A stretch of 64,000 nt of DNA from Auanema rhodensis (taxonomy: Eukaryota; Animalia; Nematoda): contig OZ059896.1 in the NCBI GenBank assembly GCA_964057225.1, positions 15,500,001-15,564,000 on the forward strand, in the 5' to 3' direction. Below are positions 46,113 through 55,890 of this stretch, piece by piece; position 1 is the first letter of the stretch, and the number at the start of each line of letters is the position of its first letter. Both the position numbers and the translations under genes were made by a program. The notes below the pieces were generated by a model that did no database searches, was not told where the DNA came from, and worked only from the letters and a program-made list of their open reading frames with translations.

Positions 46113-49100
46113 GTGGCACGAAGATACTCTTCGGCCGTCCCTGCTCTATACCCTTCTGAGTCCAGTGACGACATCGCAGTCGCCAGTCGAACCAGAAGCC
46201 GCACTCGACTCCTCAGTGTTCAGATTGAAGAGCCTGAACAAGAGGTAAAACCCAAAGTCGAGAAAACCTTCATTCCTCGAGAAGGCACGTATTCACCTCC
46301 GGACAACACCGAGGAGGACCCTGATTTCTATATTCAGGACTACAATATTCAAACTTCAGCTTCAACTCCAAAGGTACACTCTTTTAAAAGTAATAAAAAG
46401 ATTCAAAAAATTCAAAAACCAAAACAAATAACCTCTAATACTTCACCAGCCACTCCCCACCTAAACTTATCAACTTTATCAGTTAATACTGATAACGATC
46501 TTGCATCTTCTTTTGAACTAACTCTAACACCGCAGGCATTTTCCACTCCGATAGAAAACTCACAACTTAATAAAACCTCATCTCTCACTATTCGCAAATC
46601 ACCCTTATCAGTTATCACTGATAAGCTTGATTCGAAAAAGCTTGATTCTAAAAAAATTAATAAAAGAAAAACTAATACACCGCGTAGGCGCTCAACCTCT
46701 AATAATCCCGTAGAACCAAATCAGGAAATTACCGAAGTTTTGCCCTTATCACTAACTACTGATAAGTTCAAAAGTAAGAAATCTTTAACAGCTCGCTTAA
46801 TAAAAGTTTTGAATTTGTCTCCAGGGGAGGTAACAACAGAACAAGTTGATAACTCTCTTCACGTATCCTCCAACCCAACCCTTAATAAGTCAGATAGCGC
46901 TATACCCAGCTCAAGCGTATCAATACATTCGACGCCTCAGGCAACGAGTCGAATTATCAAACTCCCAGGGAAGCGGTTCTCCTCAGCCGCCCCTACCATT
47001 AGTTATCCAACATCTGGTAACTCGAAAAAGGGAGGTAAGAATTTAACGGCGAGAAGCTCAGGCAGTAAAGGGATTACGTCATCTCGCACATACCCTGAGG
47101 ATATACCAACCATGACGGAGACACCACGTCTTCCGGGAGCTGGTAAATCTACCATTGCGCACGCATTAAGCTCACCTTATTGCCCCATATACGACGGAAG
47201 TCGTAACTTTAGAGATTTCGTGGCAAAGTTTAATACCTTTTCTAACGCCTTAGGCTTAGTGATGCCCGAAAGACTAACTATTTTACCATTACTATTGAAA
47301 AATGATAGAGCAGAGGAAGCTTATTTAGAGCTACCTGACAAGGTCAGAACTGCTGGACCTTGGGTTACCCTAATAGAAGAGTTAACATCCAAGCTGTGTC
47401 CCGAATACAATCAAGACCCTGCCCTTATCACACTTCAAAACAGCACTCAAGGCGATTTATCAATTGATGGTTTTGCACAAACGTTAAGAAACCTCAGCTT
47501 AAATGCTTTCTCTAATAGTGATACTCATAAAGATCACATTCTGAGGTCCACATTTTTGAGAGGCTTGAAAAATACGATACGCCCAGGGGTAATTCGAGCA
47601 AAACCCAAAACTTTTGCTGAGGCTGTTGATAGTGCTCGCTGGGAGGAATCAATTGCAAACCAAGTAGCAGACCCTCAGGCGCTATTGGTTAACGCAATTG
47701 AAAGAACTTTCCCCCCGCGCAGAAACAATGGTGGGAGAGGTATGGCAAGAGGTTATCAATCTTTTAATAATAAAAATTATCAAAATTATAATAATTATAA
47801 CAATTATCATCCAAACTTTCAAAACAATCAAAATTATCATAAATTTTCAAAAAATCAAAAAGGCTGGAATTTCCAAAACCCATTTGCTAGGAACCGCAAT
47901 TTTGGTGACCGCGGTCGAAATTATCAGAATCAAAATCAAAATGGGTATCAAAGAAGCCATAATGCATCACAAAATCAAGAAATGAGCAATAATAGACAGA
48001 GAAATAACAGTACCTTTAGGGGAAATAACAACAATAGAGGCAGAGGTAGAGGCTCAAGAGTCAATAATTTGACTCTGATATCTCCTTTGACTTTAGCCGT
48101 AGCTTTATCAGTAATCTTATCACTGGTTACAACAGCTGAAGCATACCAGCTATGTACTAAAGCTACTGGAGGAGCCCTTCTCCGTCCCCCATCTCTCCGA
48201 AAATGCTTATTACCACCAATAAAGCATATCTTACGAACAAAAGTTCATCTTTATACAAGGAATCAAACGGCACATGAATGGGATGCATGGAGATGCTCCA
48301 AAGAAATTCATAAAATGTGTATCAGAGACCTTTTGTTCCTTAGAGATACCAATACAACGATAGCGAGAATTGAAAAGATACCAGCTGCAGAATGCAGACT
48401 GGCAGTGAGAGATAGAAGATGGAATTGGAGTGAATTAAAGAAGATCGACAGCATAACATATGCAACTGACGAGCCTTCCTTCTCGCCAGGCCGATCTTTT
48501 AATAATGAGCTATGTGAAGAGAAAGCCAGATTGGTTATCGAAAGAGGGGTTATGACACGGATGCCAGATGAAACTATAATCTCCAATTTAATACTAAATA
48601 CTGAAGGATGCTTAGCGCATCATGGAGAATGTGCATCAGATACCTCAATCATCATATGGGAGAAACAGCCTTATGAATATCGATGCAACTATATCGACAT
48701 GAGTGAATATGATGTGATAATTGGAGACGGCATTATTCTGTTACCAACCACTCAATCAGCCCTTGTAATCGATCAAAAAGAGATACCGAAGCAAATATCT
48801 TCTTGTTTTAAACAGCCAATCTTCCACACCACAACTGGCAATTACATTCTCTTACCACAGTACCCAAATGACACCAATATCCATGTTTTAATAGAGAGAG
48901 AATATAAGAAACTTCCGGCGAAAAGAGATAAAAGAGCAATTGCGGAATGCACGGTTGAATTAAACAAGGAGTGGATACAAAAACAGGAAGATTTTGAAAC
49001 TTTAATATTAAATATTTGTCCTTATCCTTTCTTACGACCGGTGATGAGTAATCCTGGTATTTATCAGATAATACCGCTTATAAAGGCCAGACGAGCTGTC

Positions 49101-52100
49101 AACCCTTCATATTCAATTATTGACTGGGTTTCAGCACATCCCGAGAAGTTTTATTTCTTCTTAAGAAGTCCCGTATCTGATAAATCCATACAACGTTTCC
49201 TTCAAACATACGAAATACACGACCCTGAGGAAGCAATACTTTATTTTCTTGCGCAAAAGGAACTGGCAGCAACCACTCGCGGCGCTATACGGTATTTAAC
49301 CTCACAACAATTATTAGAACAGATAGGTGACAGATTAACAGCACACGAATTTGACGAAAAACTGCTAGAAAAAGACGGATCCTACCGTGAAAGAGCCGAA
49401 AGCATAGCGATGGAGTTAGCTTATACACCGGTAATATTTGAAAACAATCTGTCGGTACCATCAAGGCAAGAGGTTTTAAAATCCTTTGTGAACATGCCGC
49501 CGATCCGACCAACTCTAACAACTGACAATGCTGATGAGCGTATAGTACTTAGAAACACTCTTTACTTATACCATAACTTGATGACATTGCGAGTAATAAG
49601 GCCAAATAAAACAGCAGCAGCCGTAGATGATGAAAAGTTCCGACAATTAACAATCAATGTGCCAGATACCAACAAATTATATCGAGATAAAGATTCTAAC
49701 TACGGTATATCGATAGGGCCCCACCCTCGCATTCAAAACCCAAGCGCAGATACACGCCAGCTACTTATAAAAACATTTTTACCACTGTTAGAGGATATTG
49801 AAACACCGCCTTATCTGACTAGAAGACTGTCATTAACGACAACAACGGACAAACCCGCTTCACTAGTTCAGGAGACAACTAAAAGCCATACGACTCGGAT
49901 TCCGACGACAACCACAGTTGAGACGACAACAGCCGCGATAACTACGACTCTCTCGCCAACAACATTAGCAACAGTCACTGACACGGCGTCACGAATCTTA
50001 AGGAAACAAAGAACATCATCTCCACCCGTAGAAACCAGAGAAATTCAGGCTCAGGCAACGTATACAGCGTCAAAAGTGAACAACGAAATACAATTCAACC
50101 TCAACGTATCTCGCAGAATAGCTCAAGATCATCTACAATATACAACAACACTCATACAAGAAGAGCTACAGAAACATTTCATGGAATCTTATGAATCCAT
50201 ATGTGAGATTCAAAATAGATACCTCGAGCTATGGCGTTCTATTTTACACATAGAACCTACAATAGCAATGAGGACTATTTTAGGAAGAGAGGATATTGCA
50301 GCCCGTTTCGTAGGCAGCGATATAGTTCATGTTCATATATGCCTACCTCTTCAACCTAAAGCTGTTTATCATAATCATAAGATCAATGATACATGCTATT
50401 TGGAAACACCAGTAATAACAGAAGATGAGAGATTATATTTTGCTGCTCCAGGATCAAGAGACTTATTAACACATGGAAAAGAGATAGATTGCGAACATGT
50501 ACCCACAGATGTATACTATCAAAATGGAGAATGGATAAATATAAATGGATCGGTTGAAGTAAAACCAATATCACTCTTTGATAAAGCGCAATACCACCAA
50601 TTAACACCTTTAAAGTTCACAGGCGCTAACTTATACACCAATTTATCATTGAGAGTTTACTCAATGTCAACAGCTATTGCATATGGAGCAAGTTTAGCAT
50701 CCATACGACAGAACCATGTTTTACATACTATTCACAACGATCCAAAAATTACGTCCGCCTTTAATCTTTTGAAAAAGGGCAGTGACTATATCTCTAAAGC
50801 AGCTGAGTTCACAACTTCCGCCTGGACTAGCGTAAAGCAATTTCTAATAGGATCAATTGAGAGAACACTCATCTTCATAGGATCAATGGTTACGATTGCC
50901 GCAGTATTAATAATTCTTTTCGTTGTTGCTAAATTTTGGTTCTTCAGAGCCACTCCACTAACCGTAATGCATGTCCACGAAATAGATAATGAGCCCCCAA
51001 GCTATGAAGAAACATTGGAACTTGTAAGCCGCCCAGACCAACAGATGCCAGATAACATCATGAAGCAATACTATCCTGCTTTAGTAACATTTATTCCAAT
51101 CGCAATACCATTTGTTGCTTCTATTGTATCAGCGGAAACAAAGTTACCATTAATATATATATCAGTTGAAGATAAACTGATTTTAGCTTTATGGGATTCA
51201 GGCTCATCAGTGTCATATGTTAGGCTCTCCACCCTCAAATATCTGAACATGGCCGAAAATGTCAAGAAGAGACATTTAGTAGCGATGGCAGCCAACAAGT
51301 CCACTTTCACATTTTATGGAAAGATAAATCTTGTAATTGAAATTGCCGGTTACGAGATCGAACACACCTTTTTGGTCTCAAACGATCATGACTGTCCTGC
51401 TCCCGCTTTAATTGGACTAGATTTCATGAAAGCGCTTGACAGCGAAAACATCGACGTCAGCCTTAAACCATCCAAGAAGAGGTTGGAGATTGGAAACAAT
51501 GCCATCCCATTAATAGGAAACGAATCTATTAAGCATACGGAGATAACTGTGAATATCATTAATTTAAGAACAAAAACATTAAAGCCTGATGAAGAGGCAC
51601 CTATCCCAATAAAGACAGATAAACCACTAGAATCTAACGAAGTGGTTGTCTTAGGGGATAGTGGAAGCGCATTAAAATCATTATATCCAACTGCGTTTCG
51701 TGATACCAGTGGAGTATATGTTATGTTCCGTAACAATACCGATGAAACAATAGCTATGGAAGCTAATTCAGTCATCGGACAGGCAATAATTGGAGAAATT
51801 CCGGCTTGTGAACCCTTTAAGCATAAGCCAATTCTACCATATGTTCCGCCAGAGGCCGATTGGGAGAGTAAACTACCATATTTTCCAAGAGACTTCATAA
51901 AAGATCTTGATCTAGAGAATGCTGATCTCACGAAAGAAGAAAAACATGAGCTTACAAAAATAATTGAAAGCCATCGTGAGGCATTTCTTAACGAGGACAG
52001 GAAAATAGGCTTATTTAAAGGTCCTATAGAGCATACCATACCATTGAGAACAGATATGGATATGCCAAAGCCGAGAATAACACGTATTCCCTTAGGAAAA

Positions 52101-54818
52101 CAGGAAGAAATTGAAAAACAAGTCAAAGAAATGCTTGAGCAAGGCATAATAGAGCCTTCTACATCTCTATTTAATAGCCCTGTAGTACTAGTTAAGAAGA
52201 AAGATGACACGTATAGGTTTGTGACAGATTTTCGAGCTTTAAATAATGTCACACGCAAGCAAACTTATGTCATTCCAAGCATTTCTGACATAGTTGATTT
52301 GGCAGCAGGCGCCCAATTTTTCTCAAACTTCGATTTAGTGTCAGGATTTTTTCAAATATCCTTGAGAAAATCAGATCGACCACTAACAGCATTTACGACC
52401 ACATCCGGCACATACCAGTACAAACGGATGCCGATGGGCCTTTGTGGAGCCCCTCATACCTTTCAAACAGCAGTAAGGTATTTGCAAAGTAAATGTTCTT
52501 GTAAACTATTTGTTTATTTGGACGATCTATTAGTTATATCTGATACAAGAGAACAACATCTCAAAGATATCGATGATTTACTGCAAGCAGTAGAAGAATT
52601 GGGAATGAAGATAAAGCTTAAGAAATGCGCTTTTGCTCAACCAGAAGTGAAATTTCTAGGACTTATTGTAGGACGTCAAGGTATAAAACCTGACCCTCAA
52701 AAAGTCGCCGCCATACAAGATTATCCGGCACCAAAGAATGCAACAGGTGTACGAGCATTCTTGGGAATGGTTGGATTCTTTCGCAAATTCATGAAAGATT
52801 TTGCACGTATCGCAAGCCCTTTATACGATCTGACAAAGGCAGATACTGAATTCAAATGGGAAAACAAACATCAAGAAGCTTTAGACCTCCTTAAAAGAAG
52901 TTTAATACAGGCACCCGTTTTAAGCCCACCTAAATCGGACCGCTTGTTTATAGTTGAAAGCGACGGTAGTAACATCGCCATAGGTGCTGTATTATTACAA
53001 CCGGAAGATCCAAAACAACCTCTGAAAAATCTACACCCTATCGCATTTGCAAGCAGAAAACTAGTTAAAGCCGAACGTAACTACGCACCAATCGAGATAG
53101 AAGCATTAGGCCTTGTATATGCATTAAATCAATTCCGTACATACATTCTTGGAACTCATACTATATGTATTACGGACCATCGACCTCTTACCAGCTTAAT
53201 GACACGCAGAGACTTATTTGGTCGTCTTGCGAAGTTCCAGCTGGTCATCCAAGAATATGATATTGAAATAAAATATCGCGCAGGCCAATTAAATAAAGTA
53301 TGCGATGCTCTATCTCGATATATAGGTGAAGAAGCTAACGATGCTAAGCCGGAAACAAAGAAGAAGAAAATGGAAGAAATTCACATTAACGCCATAAATA
53401 CACCAACAATAAAGGAAATTCAACTAAGCACCCCTTGGATTAAACGGACGATAGCGGAGATTGAATATAGAGCACAAAAGAACATGACAGCTAATGACAG
53501 ATATTGTGTCATAAATGACTTGCTCTATACAAAACCAACAGACAAAAAGCCACAACCCGCTATCGTAATACCACAAGAACACCCCATAATTGAGGAAATA
53601 ATCAAAGTTTTTCATGAGGATCCTACAATTGCAGCACATCAAGGAATTATTAAAACAAAAGAAGCAATTCTAAGAAGATTCTATTGGACAAATATGCAGA
53701 ACGACATTACTATATTCATCAAGAACTGCATTAAATGTGCTCAAAGAAAAAAAGATCCACATTCCATGACGGTACAACCAATAGGTCATTTTGAGATACC
53801 AAGCAAGCCATTTGAACGAGTCCACATGGACGTAATGGGACCATTTCCCCCTTCAAAAAGAAACTGTACCTACGTCATTACCATGCAAGACGCATTTACA
53901 AAATGGTCAACAACAATTGCTGTACCACAAATAACAACGGAAATCACAATTGATCGATTTCTAAGACATTTCGTTTACATTTTTGGACCACCCCATCGCT
54001 TGATCACCGATAGAGGTTCAAACTTTGTATCTAAAAAGTTCGAAGAAATGTGTACTAAACTTGGAATCAAACATGAACCAACACTACCACACCAAAAGAA
54101 CTCAAATGGACAAGTGGAAAGACTTCACCGAACCCTCGAAGAAGGATTAACCCACTACTTAAAAGAGGACCTTAGTGACTGGGATACTGTATTACCAAAA
54201 ATCACTTTTGCTATTAACAATATTCAGCACGCGACTACAGGGATTGCGCCATACATTGCATTATTCGGTAAAGAATGCAGAATGTCAATGGACGCTGAAT
54301 TACCAGAAACGATCACCAAAATTCAAGAAATTTCTGAAGAATTACTCCAAAGAAGACCAGATATGGACAAGAGAGACGAAATAATAAAGAACCGCATAGC
54401 TAAAAATCAAGAAAATGCGAAAAAGAAGAAAGATAGAACGCAAAGAGCACACCATAGAGACATTCAACCGGGCGACATGGTGATGACGACTATAAAATCA
54501 CACCAAATCGGCCAAAAGCTTCGGAAAAGCTATGATGGACCATGCGAAGTCATCAACGTAGAAGGATCAAAAGTTCAAATCAGAAATTCATCAGGAAAAC
54601 TACAAGATATCCACAAAGATAACTTGAAAATCTTCTCTCCTGCTTCACAAAACATCTCTTACAACACTCGCGCAAGGTTTCGAGAAAGTCAAGCAGAAGA
54701 AGATAGCGACATCGAAATAATAGAAGTGATCAACAGGAACAACAAGGATAGCATAGATACAGAGCCAGAAGATGAAAATGAAGACGAAATATGGCTTCCG
54801 AGGAATGAAGAAGAATAA
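46113..54818 (+). CDS. Gag-Env-Pol polyprotein of element D (2901 aa; first ATG at 47112)
   Basis: Capsid PIYDG and FLRGLKNTI. Signal peptide ~48075-48143; KRDKR at 48921-48935; gB-like helix from 50130; TM ~50868-50945. Protease WDSG ~51195; RT YLDD 52515-52526; RNaseH; integrase HHCC and DDE. Confidence 0.93.
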   Translation: MARRYSSAVPALYPSESSDDIAVASRTRSRTRLLSVQIEEPEQEVKPKVEKTFIPREGTYSPPDNTEEDPDFYIQDYNIQTSASTPKVHSFKSNKKIQKIQKPKQITSNTSPATPHLNLSTLSVNTDNDLASSFELTLTPQAFSTPIENSQLNKTSSLTIRKSPLSVITDKLDSKKLDSKKINKRKTNTPRRRSTSNNPVEPNQEITEVLPLSLTTDKFKSKKSLTARLIKVLNLSPGEVTTEQVDNSLHVSSNPTLNKSDSAIPSSSVSIHSTPQATSRIIKLPGKRFSSAAPTISYPTSGNSKKGGKNLTARSSGSKGITSSRTYPEDIPTMTETPRLPGAGKSTIAHALSSPYCPIYDGSRNFRDFVAKFNTFSNALGLVMPERLTILPLLLKNDRAEEAYLELPDKVRTAGPWVTLIEELTSKLCPEYNQDPALITLQNSTQGDLSIDGFAQTLRNLSLNAFSNSDTHKDHILRSTFLRGLKNTIRPGVIRAKPKTFAEAVDSARWEESIANQVADPQALLVNAIERTFPPRRNNGGRGMARGYQSFNNKNYQNYNNYNNYHPNFQNNQNYHKFSKNQKGWNFQNPFARNRNFGDRGRNYQNQNQNGYQRSHNASQNQEMSNNRQRNNSTFRGNNNNRGRGRGSRVNNLTLISPLTLAVALSVILSLVTTAEAYQLCTKATGGALLRPPSLRKCLLPPIKHILRTKVHLYTRNQTAHEWDAWRCSKEIHKMCIRDLLFLRDTNTTIARIEKIPAAECRLAVRDRRWNWSELKKIDSITYATDEPSFSPGRSFNNELCEEKARLVIERGVMTRMPDETIISNLILNTEGCLAHHGECASDTSIIIWEKQPYEYRCNYIDMSEYDVIIGDGIILLPTTQSALVIDQKEIPKQISSCFKQPIFHTTTGNYILLPQYPNDTNIHVLIEREYKKLPAKRDKRAIAECTVELNKEWIQKQEDFETLILNICPYPFLRPVMSNPGIYQIIPLIKARRAVNPSYSIIDWVSAHPEKFYFFLRSPVSDKSIQRFLQTYEIHDPEEAILYFLAQKELAATTRGAIRYLTSQQLLEQIGDRLTAHEFDEKLLEKDGSYRERAESIAMELAYTPVIFENNLSVPSRQEVLKSFVNMPPIRPTLTTDNADERIVLRNTLYLYHNLMTLRVIRPNKTAAAVDDEKFRQLTINVPDTNKLYRDKDSNYGISIGPHPRIQNPSADTRQLLIKTFLPLLEDIETPPYLTRRLSLTTTTDKPASLVQETTKSHTTRIPTTTTVETTTAAITTTLSPTTLATVTDTASRILRKQRTSSPPVETREIQAQATYTASKVNNEIQFNLNVSRRIAQDHLQYTTTLIQEELQKHFMESYESICEIQNRYLELWRSILHIEPTIAMRTILGREDIAARFVGSDIVHVHICLPLQPKAVYHNHKINDTCYLETPVITEDERLYFAAPGSRDLLTHGKEIDCEHVPTDVYYQNGEWININGSVEVKPISLFDKAQYHQLTPLKFTGANLYTNLSLRVYSMSTAIAYGASLASIRQNHVLHTIHNDPKITSAFNLLKKGSDYISKAAEFTTSAWTSVKQFLIGSIERTLIFIGSMVTIAAVLIILFVVAKFWFFRATPLTVMHVHEIDNEPPSYEETLELVSRPDQQMPDNIMKQYYPALVTFIPIAIPFVASIVSAETKLPLIYISVEDKLILALWDSGSSVSYVRLSTLKYLNMAENVKKRHLVAMAANKSTFTFYGKINLVIEIAGYEIEHTFLVSNDHDCPAPALIGLDFMKALDSENIDVSLKPSKKRLEIGNNAIPLIGNESIKHTEITVNIINLRTKTLKPDEEAPIPIKTDKPLESNEVVVLGDSGSALKSLYPTAFRDTSGVYVMFRNNTDETIAMEANSVIGQAIIGEIPACEPFKHKPILPYVPPEADWESKLPYFPRDFIKDLDLENADLTKEEKHELTKIIESHREAFLNEDRKIGLFKGPIEHTIPLRTDMDMPKPRITRIPLGKQEEIEKQVKEMLEQGIIEPSTSLFNSPVVLVKKKDDTYRFVTDFRALNNVTRKQTYVIPSISDIVDLAAGAQFFSNFDLVSGFFQISLRKSDRPLTAFTTTSGTYQYKRMPMGLCGAPHTFQTAVRYLQSKCSCKLFVYLDDLLVISDTREQHLKDIDDLLQAVEELGMKIKLKKCAFAQPEVKFLGLIVGRQGIKPDPQKVAAIQDYPAPKNATGVRAFLGMVGFFRKFMKDFARIASPLYDLTKADTEFKWENKHQEALDLLKRSLIQAPVLSPPKSDRLFIVESDGSNIAIGAVLLQPEDPKQPLKNLHPIAFASRKLVKAERNYAPIEIEALGLVYALNQFRTYILGTHTICITDHRPLTSLMTRRDLFGRLAKFQLVIQEYDIEIKYRAGQLNKVCDALSRYIGEEANDAKPETKKKKMEEIHINAINTPTIKEIQLSTPWIKRTIAEIEYRAQKNMTANDRYCVINDLLYTKPTDKKPQPAIVIPQEHPIIEEIIKVFHEDPTIAAHQGIIKTKEAILRRFYWTNMQNDITIFIKNCIKCAQRKKDPHSMTVQPIGHFEIPSKPFERVHMDVMGPFPPSKRNCTYVITMQDAFTKWSTTIAVPQITTEITIDRFLRHFVYIFGPPHRLITDRGSNFVSKKFEEMCTKLGIKHEPTLPHQKNSNGQVERLHRTLEEGLTHYLKEDLSDWDTVLPKITFAINNIQHATTGIAPYIALFGKECRMSMDAELPETITKIQEISEELLQRRPDMDKRDEIIKNRIAKNQENAKKKKDRTQRAHHRDIQPGDMVMTTIKSHQIGQKLRKSYDGPCEVINVEGSKVQIRNSSGKLQDIHKDNLKIFSPASQNISYNTRARFRESQAEEDSDIEIIEVINRNNKDSIDTEPEDENEDEIWLPRNEEE

Positions 54819-55513
54819 CAACAAGATAATGCTACGTTATTTAAATTATTGTAACAAAATAACGATGAATTAAAAAAAAAAAAAAAAAAATTAATGCTAA
54901 ATAACATTCAAAATAAAAATAGCATTTAATAGAGATTGAGAAAGGAAAAATAAGGCAAATTCTAAACGAGGAGATGTTATGACTAATGGTTCCAAGTTAC
55001 CGTAATCCTATGCGGACTAGAGGACATTTTGACAACCATCCGAGCTCCATGTGCCTCTCCAAATAAGATGAGATGAACACTGGTAGGCGTATCAACCACA
55101 ATTTCATCTTAAGTGGTAGTCTCCATTAGTAATCAAGGATTCACTCTGGGAGACATATGGAGACACATTATTAAATCATAATCTCGGTTCAATTTAGAAA
55201 TGAGTACTTCTTGAGACCATTAGTCAAAATAATAACATATTCCCATTCATTACTAGCCCCTTTATTCTACAATCTCTATTAGGAAATGCTTGAATATTAA
55301 GATAATTAATTTATGAAATTAATAATATTCTAATTCATCGTCCCTTCATATTATATTGAACCCTTCTTATAAATTATTGTAATTTTGTTTGTATACTAAC
55401 TAAAACTCTATCATACTATAGTTATTGTGAAGCTAAAACAATTGAACTCTAAAACTCAGTTACATATAAGCCCAAATTTTTGTTTAAAATATCGCGAGGT
55501 CGCGACAATCTTT

Positions 55514-55524
55514 GAAAAAGGGCA
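55514..55524 (+). promoter_or_regulatory. Polypurine tract of element D
   Basis: GAAAAAGGGCA immediately before the 3' LTR. Confidence 0.75.
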
Positions 55525-55890
55525 CGTTCCATTCGGAGACTCTATATATGTAACTGCAGGGTTAGAGCCAGACCGACTAGAGGAATGAGGAATGGCACCG
55601 CCTTCCCTCATGCCCCTATTCGGGAGTTCGCCCCTTTGCAAGCCCATGGACGGTTTGCATCTAACTTAGTTAATCTTATATATTAGTCTTTGTCTTGTAA
55701 ATGTAGTTTACTTTATCCTTGTGTTAATGTATTGTAATGATATTGTATTGTGTATAATAAACCTATATATTTCCTTATCTTATGTAATCCTTATGCTCTG
55801 TTTCCATACCGCTACACTTATGGAATACTATACGCGTAGTTGAGCAGACTACAATGGTCTGTTCAATATACGTAGGAGCATAATGGAACG
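55525..55890 (+). repeat. Element D 3' LTR
   Basis: Direct repeat of 43817-44182. Confidence 0.95.

Larger units (their letters stand above)
43817..55890 (+). mobile_element. Element D: full-length Ty3/Gypsy LTR retrotransposon with an env-like gene between gag and pol (relative of A)
   Basis: 366-bp LTRs identical by eye; TSD AAAT at 43813-43816 and 55891-55894; PBS; PPT; intact ORF. Confidence 0.96.

Noticed and set aside
51386-52258. 290-aa antisense ORF overlapping pol of element D
   Set aside because: Shadow frame of PR-RT with no motif; only partly open in element A
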